Shown piece after piece: positions 17,501 to 25,209 of a stretch of DNA of 32,000 nt. The stretch covers positions 1,410,001 through 1,442,000 of the forward strand of contig NC_006624.1 in assembly GCF_000009965.1 (NCBI RefSeq), written 5' to 3'. Source of the DNA: Thermococcus kodakarensis KOD1. Its GTDB lineage: Archaea > Methanobacteriota_B > Thermococci > Thermococcales > Thermococcaceae. A program made the position numbers and the translations under genes. Within the stretch, counting starts at the first letter, position 1; each line of letters starts with the position of its first letter. The notes beneath the pieces were generated by a model. That model was not told the origin of the DNA and did not search any database. It was given only the letters and a program-made list of their open reading frames with translations.

Positions 17501-18071
17501 TGAGGCGGTGACGCCTAAGATACCCTACGATCTGCTCAAGAAGTACATAGCATACGCCAGAAAGAACGTTCACCCTGTTCTGAGCAGAGAGGCAATGGAG
17601 GAAATAAAACGCTACTACGTCAAAATGAGAAAGGGCCTGCGGAGAGGAGATGAAGACGGCGTCCAGCCAATACCGATTACCGCTAGACAGCTTGAGGCCC
17701 TCATCAGGCTCAGCGAGGCCCACGCGAGGATGAGATTGAGCGAAACGGTGACGAGAGAGGACGCGAGGGCGGCGATAGAGATAATCGAGGCAATGATGAA
17801 GACGATAGCCGTTGACGAAGAGGGCAACCTTGACGTCTCAATCCTCGAAGTCGGCAAGAGTTCAAAGAAGATAAACAAGATCGAGAAGCTTGTTGACATC
17901 ATAAAATCCCTTGAGAGCGAGGGAGAGTTCGGAGCGCCGGAGGAGAAAGTTATAGAGGCCGCCAAGCAGGCAGGGATAGGAACCAAGGCGGACATCGAGA
18001 AGCTCCTCAACGAGCTGAAGAGCGACGGCAGGGTCTATGAACCGAGAGCTGGATTCTACCGCGTCATCTGA
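14598..18071 (+). CDS. mcm: Replicative helicase MCM (Cdc21 family) precursor interrupted by two inteins; the extein is 682 aa
   Basis: Zn ribbon CRDCGN...CDACGS, Walker A GDPGVAKSQ, Walker B ALIDEFDKM, Arg-finger region SRFDLIF and a C-terminal winged-helix tail. The two in-frame insertions are bounded by C...HN/T and S...HN/T. Confidence 0.95.
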   Translation: MDREEMIARFAKFLREYVDDEGNEVYINRLKDLLTVTPKRSLAIDWAHLNSFDPELADELLNNPEEAIASAEDAIQIVLREPPLLVEREFKVHARFYNLPKTLLVKELGSEHINKLIQVEGIITRVSEVKPFVEKAVFVCRDCGNEMVRLQRPYENLVKPAKCDACGSRNIELDVDKSRFLNFQSFRLQDRPESLKGGQMPRFVDAILLDDLVDAALPGDRVLVTGVLRVILEQREKRPIFKKILEVNHIEQLSKEIEELEISPEDEQKIRELAKRKDIVDAIVDSIAPAIWGHRIVKKGIALALFGGVQRTLPDGTKLRGESHVLLVGDPGVAKSQLLRYVANLAPRAIYTSGKSSSAAGLCVAPDSIIKTNLGQFKIGELVEKAIPEKVQDYKSVNAEKLGLYIKTLDGDMRVLRLWKLRAPEKLIRIEGDGLSITVTPETKLLTPNGWVEARNVDGEVVTENGPVKVSKQEIESPHDYVYDLTVEGSHSFIANGFVVHNTAAAVRDEFTGSWVLEAGVLVLADGGFALIDEFDKMSDRDRSAIHEALEQQSYHHDFELLLADGRKVKIGELVDKLIEKNRDRVILGKDTEILPVEDIELLAYDLEKREIVKVKADRVSRHKAPERFIKLRFSNGREITVTPEHPVMVWENGEITEKPAEKITPGDIALGVLRYPIQVDGKFKERYRDMREAEDYQDYLYSRGVVSKIKRTGIYFTVEKARRALPRELVKPLINAGKILRVTQTPKERASFNQKLVRENIIEGYLQRIIERMDELERLSREDPAKALELLPKTQLYYKYGITYGKLKKLAEARNSWAEGIIQSAVAERISLAKRELEEFFKWWNANVNFLKVKCVEEIKNDRWEWVYDVTVEPHHLFVSHGLVLHNTISISKAGITATLNSRTTVIAAANPKFGRFNRHKSLPEQLDLPPTLLSRFDLIFLLLDEPDEKVDASIAEHILKVRRGEAEAVTPKIPYDLLKKYIAYARKNVHPVLSREAMEEIKRYYVKMRKGLRRGDEDGVQPIPITARQLEALIRLSEAHARMRLSETVTREDARAAIEIIEAMMKTIAVDEEGNLDVSILEVGKSSKKINKIEKLVDIIKSLESEGEFGAPEEKVIEAAKQAGIGTKADIEKLLNELKSDGRVYEPRAGFYRVI
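15684..16103 (+). mobile_element. MCM mini-intein 1 (140 aa, no endonuclease domain)
   Basis: The junctions are SSAAGL/CVAPDS...GFVVHN/TAAAVRDE. It starts with Cys, ends with His-Asn and has +1 Thr. Removing it restores the conserved MCM sequence downstream of the P-loop. Confidence 0.9.
16257..17261 (+). mobile_element. MCM intein 2 (335 aa) with a non-canonical central domain
   Basis: The junctions are HEALEQQ/SYHHDF...HGLVLHN/TISISKAG. It starts with Ser, has block B TPEHP, ends with His-Asn and has +1 Thr. Removing it restores the conserved EQQTISI(A/S)KAG motif. Confidence 0.85.
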
Positions 18072-18116
18072 CAAAGGTTATAAAGCGAAGTGAAGAGGTA
18101 AGTAGGAGGTGAGAAA

Positions 18117-18545
18117 ATGAGCGAGAAGGTAGACTTTTACGACTTTGAGAAGCTCCTCGATAAGGCTTATGAAGAACTCCCGGAGAACGTCAAGCACCAC
18201 CACTCACGTTTCGAGGTGCCGCCGGCACAGGTCACGATAGCCGGAAACAGGACGATCATAGAGAACTTCGTGGACATAGCCGAGGCCATGAACCGCGACC
18301 CGAACCATCTCCTCAAGTTCATCCTGAGGGAGGTCGCTACCGCTGGAACCCTCGAGGGCAGGAGGGCAATTCTCCAGGGACGCTTTACGCCGTACCTCAT
18401 AGCAAACAAGATGAAGAAGTACCTCAAGGAGTTCGTTATCTGTCCCGTCTGTGGAAGCCCAGATACGAAGATTATCAAGAAGGGCCGCTTCCACTTCCTC
18501 AAGTGCGAAGCCTGTGGTGCTGAAACACCGATCCAGCACCTCTGA
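18117..18545 (+). CDS. eif2b: Translation initiation factor aIF2 beta subunit
   Basis: A 142-aa protein with the C-terminal zinc ribbon [26 protein letters not shown] and the conserved [10 protein letters not shown] core. GGAGGTGA lies upstream of the ATG. Confidence 0.9.
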   Translation: MSEKVDFYDFEKLLDKAYEELPENVKHHHSRFEVPPAQVTIAGNRTIIENFVDIAEAMNRDPNHLLKFILREVATAGTLEGRRAILQGRFTPYLIANKMKKYLKEFVICPVCGSPDTKIIKKGRFHFLKCEACGAETPIQHL

Positions 18546-18550
18546 AGTGC

Positions 18551-18567
18551 CTTTTCTCCACTTTTTG
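18551..18567 (+). terminator. Oligo-T terminator after aIF2 beta
   Basis: CTTTTCTCCACTTTTTG (T4 and T5 runs) lies 6-22 nt after the TGA stop. Confidence 0.4.
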
Positions 18568-18603
18568 TATCACTCTCGGTGAAAAGAGAGTTGTGAAAAA
18601 CGC

Positions 18604-18611
18604 TTTTAAAC
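18604..18611 (+). promoter_or_regulatory. Candidate TATA box for the decarboxylase operon
   Basis: TTTTAAAC lies about 45 nt upstream of ATG 18653. GGGGGAG at 18641-18647 is the likely RBS. Confidence 0.4.
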
Positions 18612-18652
18612 TTTACAAATAACAAAGGTCAGCAAAAACAGGGGGAGTTCTC

Positions 18653-20221
18653 ATGAGCATGGAGGAGAAGCTCAACGAGCTGTATGAGAGGAAAAAGAAG
18701 ATTCTGGAGATGGGTGGCGAGAAGGCCATCGAAAAACAGCACGCAAAGGGCAAACTAACGGCCAGGGAGAGGATTGAAAAGCTCCTTGACCCGGGAAGCT
18801 TCGTCGAGATAGGAATGTTCGTAAAGCACCGAGGAACTGAGTTCGGCCTCGACAAGAAGGAACTGCCCGCCGACGGCGTCATAACCGGCTACGGAACCAT
18901 CGACGGAAGGCTAGTCTTCGTCTACGCCCAGGACTTCACGGTTATGGGCGGTTCCCTCGGCGAGATGCACGCGGCGAAGATAAAGCGCATTATGGAGCTG
19001 GCCCTCGAAGCCGGAGCTCCGGTCATAGGCCTCAACGACTCCGGCGGAGCGAGGATTCAGGAGGGCGTTGACTCGCTCAAGGGCTACGGCGAGATATTCA
19101 AGATGAACACCCTTCTCAGCGGTGTAGTCCCACAGATAACGGCAATTATGGGTCCCTGTGCTGGCGGAGCGGTTTACAGTCCGGCTATTGGAGACTTCAT
19201 CCTGATGGTGGACAGCGATTCCAGCTTCATGTTCATCACTGGGCCGCAGGTCGTCAAGGCCGTTACGGGCGTTGAGGTGACCCCCGTCCAGCTCGGTGGT
19301 GCTATGATACACGCCCAGAAGAGCGGTCAGGCCCACCTCATAGGGAAGAGCGACGAGGAAGTTCTCGCCCTCATAAGGAGGCTCCTGAGCTACCTGCCGT
19401 CAAACAACATGGAGAAGCCGCCGCGCGTTAAGACGAACGACCTGCCCTTCAGGAAGACCGAGAACCTGTACAACATCGTTCCAGATGACCCGAACAAGGG
19501 CTACGACGTCAGGCAGGTTATCTACGAGATAGTTGACCGCGACGAGAACGGAAACCCGGACTTCCTTGAAATACTCCCGTACTTCGCCCCGAACGCTGTT
19601 GTCGGCTTTGGAAGGATGAACGGGCAGACTGTTGGGATAGTCGCCAACAACCCGATCTATTTCGCCGGTGTTCTCGACATAGACAGCTCGGACAAGATAG
19701 CTCGCTTCGTTAGAACCTGCGACGCCTTCAACATCCCGATAGTTACCCTCGTTGACGTTCCGGGCTACCTGCCTGGAACAGACCAGGAGTACCGCGGAAT
19801 CATCAGGCACGGAGCTAAAGTCCTCTACGCCTACGCCGAGGCAACTGTTCCAATGGTCACTGTCATCCTGAGGAAGGCCTACGGTGGGGCTTACCTCGCT
19901 ATGGGAAGCAAGCACCTCGGTGCCGACTTCGTCTTCGCATGGCCAACTGCGGAGATAGCAGTCATGGGTCCCGAGGGAGCGGCCAACATCATCTTCAGGA
20001 AGGAGATAGCCGCCGCCGAGAACCCGGAGGAGGTAAGACAGCAGAAGATACAGGAGTACCGCGAGAAGTTCGCCAACCCGTACGTTGCTGCTGCACGCGG
20101 CTACATTGACGACGTCATAGACCCGGCCGAGACCAGGGCGAAGATAATCCTGGCCCTCGAGGCTATGGAGAGCAAGAGGGTAAAGCTCCCGCCGAAGAAG
20201 CACGGCAACATACCGCTGTGA
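18653..20221 (+). CDS. mmdA: Methylmalonyl-CoA decarboxylase alpha subunit (carboxyltransferase)
   Basis: A 522-aa acyl-CoA carboxyltransferase fold. Motifs include GKLTARERI, GGSLGE, NDSGGARIQEG, MGPCAGGAVYSPA and AYGGAY. It is followed by the delta, biotin-carrier and membrane beta subunits. Confidence 0.85.
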   Translation: MSMEEKLNELYERKKKILEMGGEKAIEKQHAKGKLTARERIEKLLDPGSFVEIGMFVKHRGTEFGLDKKELPADGVITGYGTIDGRLVFVYAQDFTVMGGSLGEMHAAKIKRIMELALEAGAPVIGLNDSGGARIQEGVDSLKGYGEIFKMNTLLSGVVPQITAIMGPCAGGAVYSPAIGDFILMVDSDSSFMFITGPQVVKAVTGVEVTPVQLGGAMIHAQKSGQAHLIGKSDEEVLALIRRLLSYLPSNNMEKPPRVKTNDLPFRKTENLYNIVPDDPNKGYDVRQVIYEIVDRDENGNPDFLEILPYFAPNAVVGFGRMNGQTVGIVANNPIYFAGVLDIDSSDKIARFVRTCDAFNIPIVTLVDVPGYLPGTDQEYRGIIRHGAKVLYAYAEATVPMVTVILRKAYGGAYLAMGSKHLGADFVFAWPTAEIAVMGPEGAANIIFRKEIAAAENPEEVRQQKIQEYREKFANPYVAAARGYIDDVIDPAETRAKIILALEAMESKRVKLPPKKHGNIPL

Positions 20222-20231
20222 GGTGTGAAGG

Positions 20232-20618
20232 ATGGACGTCAAAGCCGTCATGGAGGGCCTTAACATAACTGTCATAGGTGTTGTAGTGGTCTTTACCATA
20301 CTGGGAATACTGGCCCTCGTCCTCTACTTCGTGGGCTGGCTCGAGAGAAGGTTGGTGGAGAGGGAAAAGCCCGCTACCGCACCCACACCAGCCCCCACTC
20401 CTGCCCCTGTGGAGGCCAGGCAAGAGGAGAAGCCGAAGATACCGCCGAGAGACCTGGCCGTTATCACAGCGGCTATACTCGCTTACACGGCCGAAAAGGC
20501 CAGCCAGCTCAGGCCCCTGCCATTCAGGAGGAAGGTCTCAGATTCCTGGCGCCTCTACGGCCTCCAGACCCAGATGGAAGATGTTGAAGACTTCAACTAC
20601 GAGATAGGGAAGTGGTGA
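20232..20618 (+). CDS. mmdD: Decarboxylase delta (OadG-like) membrane-anchor subunit
   Basis: One N-terminal TM helix (ITVIGVVVVFTILGILALVLYFV) followed by the Pro/Ala linker PATAPTPAPTPAP. Its position between the alpha and biotin-carrier genes fits this role. Confidence 0.65.
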   Translation: MDVKAVMEGLNITVIGVVVVFTILGILALVLYFVGWLERRLVEREKPATAPTPAPTPAPVEARQEEKPKIPPRDLAVITAAILAYTAEKASQLRPLPFRRKVSDSWRLYGLQTQMEDVEDFNYEIGKW

Positions 20619-20620
20619 GA

Positions 20621-21094
20621 ATGGCGAAGGTTAAGGTCATCGTTGAGGGTGTTGAATACGAGGTCGAGGTTGAGGAACTGCCCGGAGGAAAGTTCAGGGT
20701 GAGCTTTGAGGACAAGACCTACGAGGTCGAGGCCAAGGGACTTGGAATAGACATGAGCGCTTTAGCAAGTGCCCAGGTCTCTGCTCCGGCCCCTGCTCCA
20801 AGTACCCCCTCTGCACCGTCTCCGGTTCCAGCTCTCGCACCAGCGCCGGCAACTCCATCACCGGCTCCAGCCGCCGCTGGTGAGGGTGTTGTTACAGCCC
20901 CAATGCCTGGAAAAATCCTCAAGATACTCGTGAAGGAAGGCGAGCAGGTCAAGACCGGACAGGGACTCCTCATTCTTGAGGCAATGAAGATGGAGAACGA
21001 GATTCCAGCACCAAAAGACGGTGTCGTAAAGAAAATCCTAGTCAAAGAAGGCGACACCGTAAACACCGGAGATCCTTTAATAGAGATAGGGTGA
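20621..21094 (+). CDS. mmdC: Decarboxylase gamma subunit (biotin carboxyl carrier protein)
   Basis: The C-terminal biotinyl domain has the LEAMKMENEI biotinylation motif, preceded by a long Ala/Pro linker. ATG 20621 lies behind GGTGAGA; GTG 20612 is an alternative start. Confidence 0.85.
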   Translation: MAKVKVIVEGVEYEVEVEELPGGKFRVSFEDKTYEVEAKGLGIDMSALASAQVSAPAPAPSTPSAPSPVPALAPAPATPSPAPAAAGEGVVTAPMPGKILKILVKEGEQVKTGQGLLILEAMKMENEIPAPKDGVVKKILVKEGDTVNTGDPLIEIG

Positions 21095-21100
21095 AGGACT

Positions 21101-22294
21101 ATGGCAACGTTCGTTGACTTCATCAACACCCTCGGCCTCCTCCACCTCACGGTAGGGAACGTCGTAATGATCCTAGTGGGCCTGACGCTCGTCTATCTGG
21201 CTATCAGGTACGAGATGGAGCCTCTCCTGCTCCTCCCGATAGGCATAACGGCGGTGCTCGTCAACTTGCCGCTCTCCCATGTAGCCAACTGGCCGGTGGC
21301 CGTGAACCTGCCCGAGAACGTCAGCGACAGCATCTTCAAGACGATAGCCTACATGAGCGAGCACTACGGTGAGCCGGGACTCTTCGACCTCATCTACTAC
21401 CTCCTCATCAAGACTGAGGTAGTTCCACTACTCATATTCTTCGGCCTCGGAGCAATGACCGACTTCGGACCGATGATAGCGGATCCAAAGACGGCCCTCC
21501 TCGGAGCGGCGGCGCAGATAGGTGTCTTCGTGGCCATGCTAACCGCTTTGGCTCTCGGCTTCAACCTCCACCAGGCGGCAAGCATAGGCATCATCGGCGG
21601 TGCCGACGGGCCGACGACTATCTACTTAACCACCAAGCTCGCCCCGGAGATACTCGCGGCAACGGCGGTTGCGGCCTACTCCTACATGAGCCTCGTCCCC
21701 CTCATTCAACCGCCAATCATCAAGGCCCTCACAAGCCCCGAGGAAAGGAAGATACGCATGGAGCAGTTGAGGCCCGTGTCAAAGAGGGAGAAGATACTCT
21801 TCCCAATAATCTCCATGATCGTCATTGGGCTTCTCGTCCCGAGCGCCGCGCCGCTGATAGGGATGCTCATGATAGGCAACCTCTTCAGGGAGAGCGGTGT
21901 CGTGGAAAGGCTGAGTAAAGCGGCACAGGAGGAGCTGATGAACATCGTCACGATCTTCCTCGGACTCGGTGTCGGCTCAACAATGCGCGCTGAGAGCTTC
22001 CTGACAGCCCAGACCTTAATGATACTCGGACTCGGTGTCGTCGCCTTCGCCAGTGCAACCGCTGGAGGAGTTTTCTTCGGCAAGATCATGATGAAGCTCA
22101 GCGGCGGAAGGATAAACCCGATGATAGGCGCCGCCGGAGTTTCGGCAGTTCCGATGAGTGCAAGGGTCGTCCAGAGGATCGCGAGGGAGGAAGATCCAGG
22201 CAACTTCATCCTCATGCACGCCATGGGGCCAAACGTCGCTGGAGTTATAGGAACGGCAGTCGTTGCAGGTGTTTTCCTCGCCCTTCTGGGCTGA
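21101..22294 (+). CDS. mmdB: Na+-transporting decarboxylase beta subunit (OadB/MmdB family)
   Basis: A 397-aa polytopic membrane protein with conserved GGADGPT and AAGVSAVPMSARV segments. It is the last gene of the operon. Confidence 0.85.
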   Translation: MATFVDFINTLGLLHLTVGNVVMILVGLTLVYLAIRYEMEPLLLLPIGITAVLVNLPLSHVANWPVAVNLPENVSDSIFKTIAYMSEHYGEPGLFDLIYYLLIKTEVVPLLIFFGLGAMTDFGPMIADPKTALLGAAAQIGVFVAMLTALALGFNLHQAASIGIIGGADGPTTIYLTTKLAPEILAATAVAAYSYMSLVPLIQPPIIKALTSPEERKIRMEQLRPVSKREKILFPIISMIVIGLLVPSAAPLIGMLMIGNLFRESGVVERLSKAAQEELMNIVTIFLGLGVGSTMRAESFLTAQTLMILGLGVVAFASATAGGVFFGKIMMKLSGGRINPMIGAAGVSAVPMSARVVQRIAREEDPGNFILMHAMGPNVAGVIGTAVVAGVFLALLG

Positions 22295-22366
22295 GCCTTT
22301 TCCCTTCTCCCATCTTCCAAAACATTAAAATACAAAGAGGGCGCTTTAGATAGAGCGGTGGTGAAA

Positions 22367-23209
22367 ATGAGAGTAAAGACCCTAATGACGAAGGATCCGG
22401 TTGTAATTCAGCTACCTGCAACGAGGGAATACGCCATCGAGCTGTTCAGAAAGCACAAGGTACGCTCATTCCCCGTCGTTGGAAAGGACGGAAAGCTAGT
22501 TGGTATAGTCAGCATCAAGCGCGTCCTCCTCCACCCTGATGAGGATCAGCTGGCCATGCTCGTTAAGAGGGAAGTCCCAACCGTCAAGGCAAACGATGAC
22601 CTGAAGAAAGCCGTTAAGAAAATGCTTGAAATGGACTACAGGCGCGTCGTTGTGGTTGACGATGAGAACAGACCCGTTGGCATTCTGACCGTTGGCGACA
22701 TCGTGAGGAGGTACCTATCAAAGAACGAAAAGCTCAAGGAAGTAACGATAGAACCCTACTACCAGAGAAACGTCAGCGTCGTGTGGCGCGGGACACCGCT
22801 AAAAGCGGCCCTCAAGGCCCTCCTCCTGTGTAATGCAATGGCCATACCGGTAATAGACGACGACGGAAACCTCATAGGCATGGTGGACGAGACTGACCTC
22901 CTCAGGGACAGCGAGGTCGTTAGGGTAATGAAGAGCACCGAGCTGGCAGCTTCCAGCGAGGAGGACTGGATACTCGAAAGCCACCCAACACTGCTCTTTG
23001 AGAAGGCGGAACTTCAGCTTCCAAAGAAGCCAGTCGAGGAGATAATGAACCCCAATGTCGTTGTGGCGACACCCCACATGAGCGTCTACGACGTTGCCCA
23101 GAAGATGGTCAAGTACGAGATAGAACAGCTTCCCGTCATAAGGGGACAGGACGAGCTCGTAGGCATCGTAAGGGACATGGACATAATAAAGGTAATCCTG
23201 AACAAGTAA
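22367..23209 (+). CDS. Stand-alone CBS-domain protein (four CBS repeats)
   Basis: The pattern h-x-x-P-V-V-D/G...L-V-G-I-V-S/T-x-x-D-h recurs four times: FPVVGKDGKLVGIVS, VVVVDDENRPVGILTVGD, IPVIDDDGNLIGMVDETD and LPVIRGQDELVGIVRDMD. ATG 22367 lies behind GGTGGTGA. Confidence 0.85.
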   Translation: MRVKTLMTKDPVVIQLPATREYAIELFRKHKVRSFPVVGKDGKLVGIVSIKRVLLHPDEDQLAMLVKREVPTVKANDDLKKAVKKMLEMDYRRVVVVDDENRPVGILTVGDIVRRYLSKNEKLKEVTIEPYYQRNVSVVWRGTPLKAALKALLLCNAMAIPVIDDDGNLIGMVDETDLLRDSEVVRVMKSTELAASSEEDWILESHPTLLFEKAELQLPKKPVEEIMNPNVVVATPHMSVYDVAQKMVKYEIEQLPVIRGQDELVGIVRDMDIIKVILNK

Positions 23210-23239
23210 AAGGCTTTAAGCTTTCCTCCCTTCTTTACT

Positions 23240-24256
23240 TTGGTGGTGTTCTTGAGGGAGATCAGGGTTTCTCTTATCGGTTTTGGAAACGTTGGAAGGG
23301 CCACGGCAGGGGTTCTTCTCGAAAAGAGCAGGCTTTTTGAGGAACGTTACGGAGTAAGGATAAGCGTCGTCAGCATTTCAGACACCAGCGGGACAGTCTG
23401 GCTTCCCGAGGGGATAGACCTTAGGGAGGCCCTTCTCGTTAAGGAGAACTTCGGCAGGCTCTCCGCGTGGACCAACGACTACGAGGTCTACGAGCTAACT
23501 CCCGAGGAGATAGTCGGGGAGGTTGACTCGGAGATAGTCGTGGACGTCACCAACGACAAGGAGGCCTGGACGTGGCATCTCAGGGCTTTGAAGGAAGGAA
23601 AGGGCATCGTAACGAGCAACAAGCCCCCCCTGGCATACCACTACCGAGAGATTCTCAACGAGGCTGAAAAGAGGGAACTTCCATACCTGTTTGAGGCGAC
23701 AGTGATGGCCGGGACGCCGATAGTGGGCCTTCTTCGGGAGAACCTGCTGGGTGATGACGTCCAGAGAATTGAGGCTGTACTCAACGCGACAACGACTTTT
23801 ATCCTGACCCAGATGGAGATGGGTCTGAGCTTTGAGGAGGCACTTGCGAAGGCCCAGAGACTTGGAATAGCAGAGAGAGACCCGAGTGGCGACATACTCG
23901 GCATAGACGCCGGCTATAAGGCAACTATACTGCACTGCCTTGCATTCCATCCGATAACGTACAATGAGATAGAAGTCAGGGGAATAGCAGAAGTCACGGA
24001 GGGAGATATTGAAAGGGCAAAGGCGAAGGGAAAGACAATCCGGCTGGTTGCGAGGATAGAAAAGGGAAACGTTGCCGTAGAACCCGCCGAGATACCAAAG
24101 GAAAGCCCGCTCGCGGTGGAAAGCCACGAGAACGCGGCAGTCATAAAGACCGACCTCCTCGGGGAGCTCCTCATAAAAGGAGCGGGAGCGGGGCTCAAGG
24201 AGACCGCCAGTGGTGTCATAAGTGACGTGATTAAGGCGGCGCTCAGACTAGTTTGA
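23240..24256 (+). CDS. hom: Homoserine dehydrogenase (no ACT domain)
   Basis: The N-terminal Rossmann motif is IGFGNVGRA. The catalytic-domain motifs are NKPPLA, LFEATVMAGTPI, DPSGDILGIDAGYKATIL and IKGAGAG. The start is ambiguous: TTG 23240, GTG 23243/23246 or TTG 23252. Confidence 0.85.
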   Translation: MVVFLREIRVSLIGFGNVGRATAGVLLEKSRLFEERYGVRISVVSISDTSGTVWLPEGIDLREALLVKENFGRLSAWTNDYEVYELTPEEIVGEVDSEIVVDVTNDKEAWTWHLRALKEGKGIVTSNKPPLAYHYREILNEAEKRELPYLFEATVMAGTPIVGLLRENLLGDDVQRIEAVLNATTTFILTQMEMGLSFEEALAKAQRLGIAERDPSGDILGIDAGYKATILHCLAFHPITYNEIEVRGIAEVTEGDIERAKAKGKTIRLVARIEKGNVAVEPAEIPKESPLAVESHENAAVIKTDLLGELLIKGAGAGLKETASGVISDVIKAALRLV

Positions 24257-24635
24257 GCTTCTCTCCCTCGAACTCGATCAAAACGGAGGGAAAGAAGCGT
24301 CTCGGCACCAGATAAACCGCAATTACCTCCCCACGAACCTCGATTGTGTTTTTTCCTGGAAGAAGGGGAAAAGTTTTCCTTTCTTCACCTTCAACCACAA
24401 CCTCAGAGAAGTTCCAGCTTGGGTATATCCGATAGACCGAGCCCCCGACATCGAGTTCAACGGCAGGGATGCCGAGTCTGTCGAGGAGAATGAAGAAGAG
24501 TCCAATGGCCAGAAACATCAGGAAAAGGCCTGGACCAGAGATGAGATAGCTCACTATGGCAATGACAAAGTTCAATAACGCGGAGCGCACAAGAAACCTG
24601 CGTCGCCTTTCATCAACAAGGCGGATCTTCCGCAT
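24243..24635 (-). CDS. Small membrane protein (two TM helices plus a C-terminal beta-rich domain)
   Basis: A 130-aa ORF with hydrophobic segments LLNFVIAIVSYLI and LFLMFLAIGLFFILL. It overlaps the hom 3' end by 14 nt in convergent orientation. Confidence 0.5.
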   Translation of the reverse strand: MRKIRLVDERRRRFLVRSALLNFVIAIVSYLISGPGLFLMFLAIGLFFILLDRLGIPAVELDVGGSVYRIYPSWNFSEVVVEGEERKTFPLLPGKNTIEVRGEVIAVYLVPRRFFPSVLIEFEGEKLKLV

Positions 24636-24684
24636 CGACCCAAACTCTTTTTAATGGTTCATATACCTTTCGAACGGTGGAAGC

Positions 24685-25209
24685 ATGGAGCACGTCATAG
24701 CCCTGCATCAGGTCTACGCGGAGCTGATATTCAGAGGACTTAAGACGGTGGAGCTCAGGAAGAGCAGGGCCTTCGGTGAGGGGGACATAGTCTTCCTCTA
24801 TGTAGCAAGGGGAAACCCCTACGAGCTCAGGGATACCCTGAGGAGGCTTGGCCTCCACGAGGAGCAGACTCTAACGCAGAGGGGGACGATAGCTGGCGGC
24901 TTTGAGGTAGGCGAGGTCATCAAGGCCGACTTAGAGACCCTCTGGGAGATGACAAAGGAGGCCAGCGGGCTAACGTTGGTTCACGGGGAGAACGGTAGGA
25001 AGTGGCTCGGCAATTACATAAGGGAGTACGGCTACGCCTTCACGATCGAGAGGCCGTTCCTCTTCAAGGAGCCGATGAGCAGGGAAGAAATGAAGGAGCG
25101 CTATGGAATCCACGTGGAGGGCATAATCCACCTCTCAAGAAAAACGAGAAAGCCGTGGGTGAGGGCCCTCATTGAAGACCTTCTCGCGAGGGACGTCGTT
25201 TACCTCTAA
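24685..25209 (+). CDS. ASCH (PUA-like) domain protein
   Basis: The N-terminus IALHQVYAELIFRGLKTVELRK resembles the ASCH opening strand-helix motif. The protein is 174 aa. The call is by motif memory only. Confidence 0.5.
   Translation: MEHVIALHQVYAELIFRGLKTVELRKSRAFGEGDIVFLYVARGNPYELRDTLRRLGLHEEQTLTQRGTIAGGFEVGEVIKADLETLWEMTKEASGLTLVHGENGRKWLGNYIREYGYAFTIERPFLFKEPMSREEMKERYGIHVEGIIHLSRKTRKPWVRALIEDLLARDVVYL

Noticed and set aside
18572-18591. A small hairpin ACTCTC-GGTGAAAA-GAGAGT upstream of mmdA, as a possible riboswitch or attenuator.
   Set aside because: It has only a 6-bp stem. It lies upstream of the candidate TATA box at 18604-18611, so it is probably not in the mmd transcript. It could equally be part of the aIF2beta terminator region. 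The evidence is insufficient.
19400-20299. A 299-aa ORF antisense to mmdA. Similar long antisense or off-frame ORFs lie at 9630-10286, 10968-11723, 13350-13946, 21706-22335, 23495-24127 and 6241-6759.
   Set aside because: Each lies entirely inside a gene with strong family motifs on the other strand or in another frame. Their compositions are biased (Arg/Pro/Leu/Val/Ser-rich) and they have no start context. I judge them to be shadow ORFs of GC-rich coding sequence.
20385-20885. Repetitive GC-rich tracts (CCAGCCCCCACTCCTGCCCCTG at the left end, and GCTCCGGCCCCTGCTCCAAG...CCAGCGCCGGCAACTCCATCACCGGCTCCAGCC near 20770-20880). At first glance they look like tandem repeats or a micro-array.
   Set aside because: They translate in frame to the Pro/Ala/Thr/Ser linkers of the decarboxylase delta and biotin-carrier subunits (PATAPTPAPTPAP and APAPAPSTPSAPSPVPALAPAPATPSPAPAAA). 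Such flexible linkers are standard in biotin enzymes. There is no spacer/repeat periodicity.
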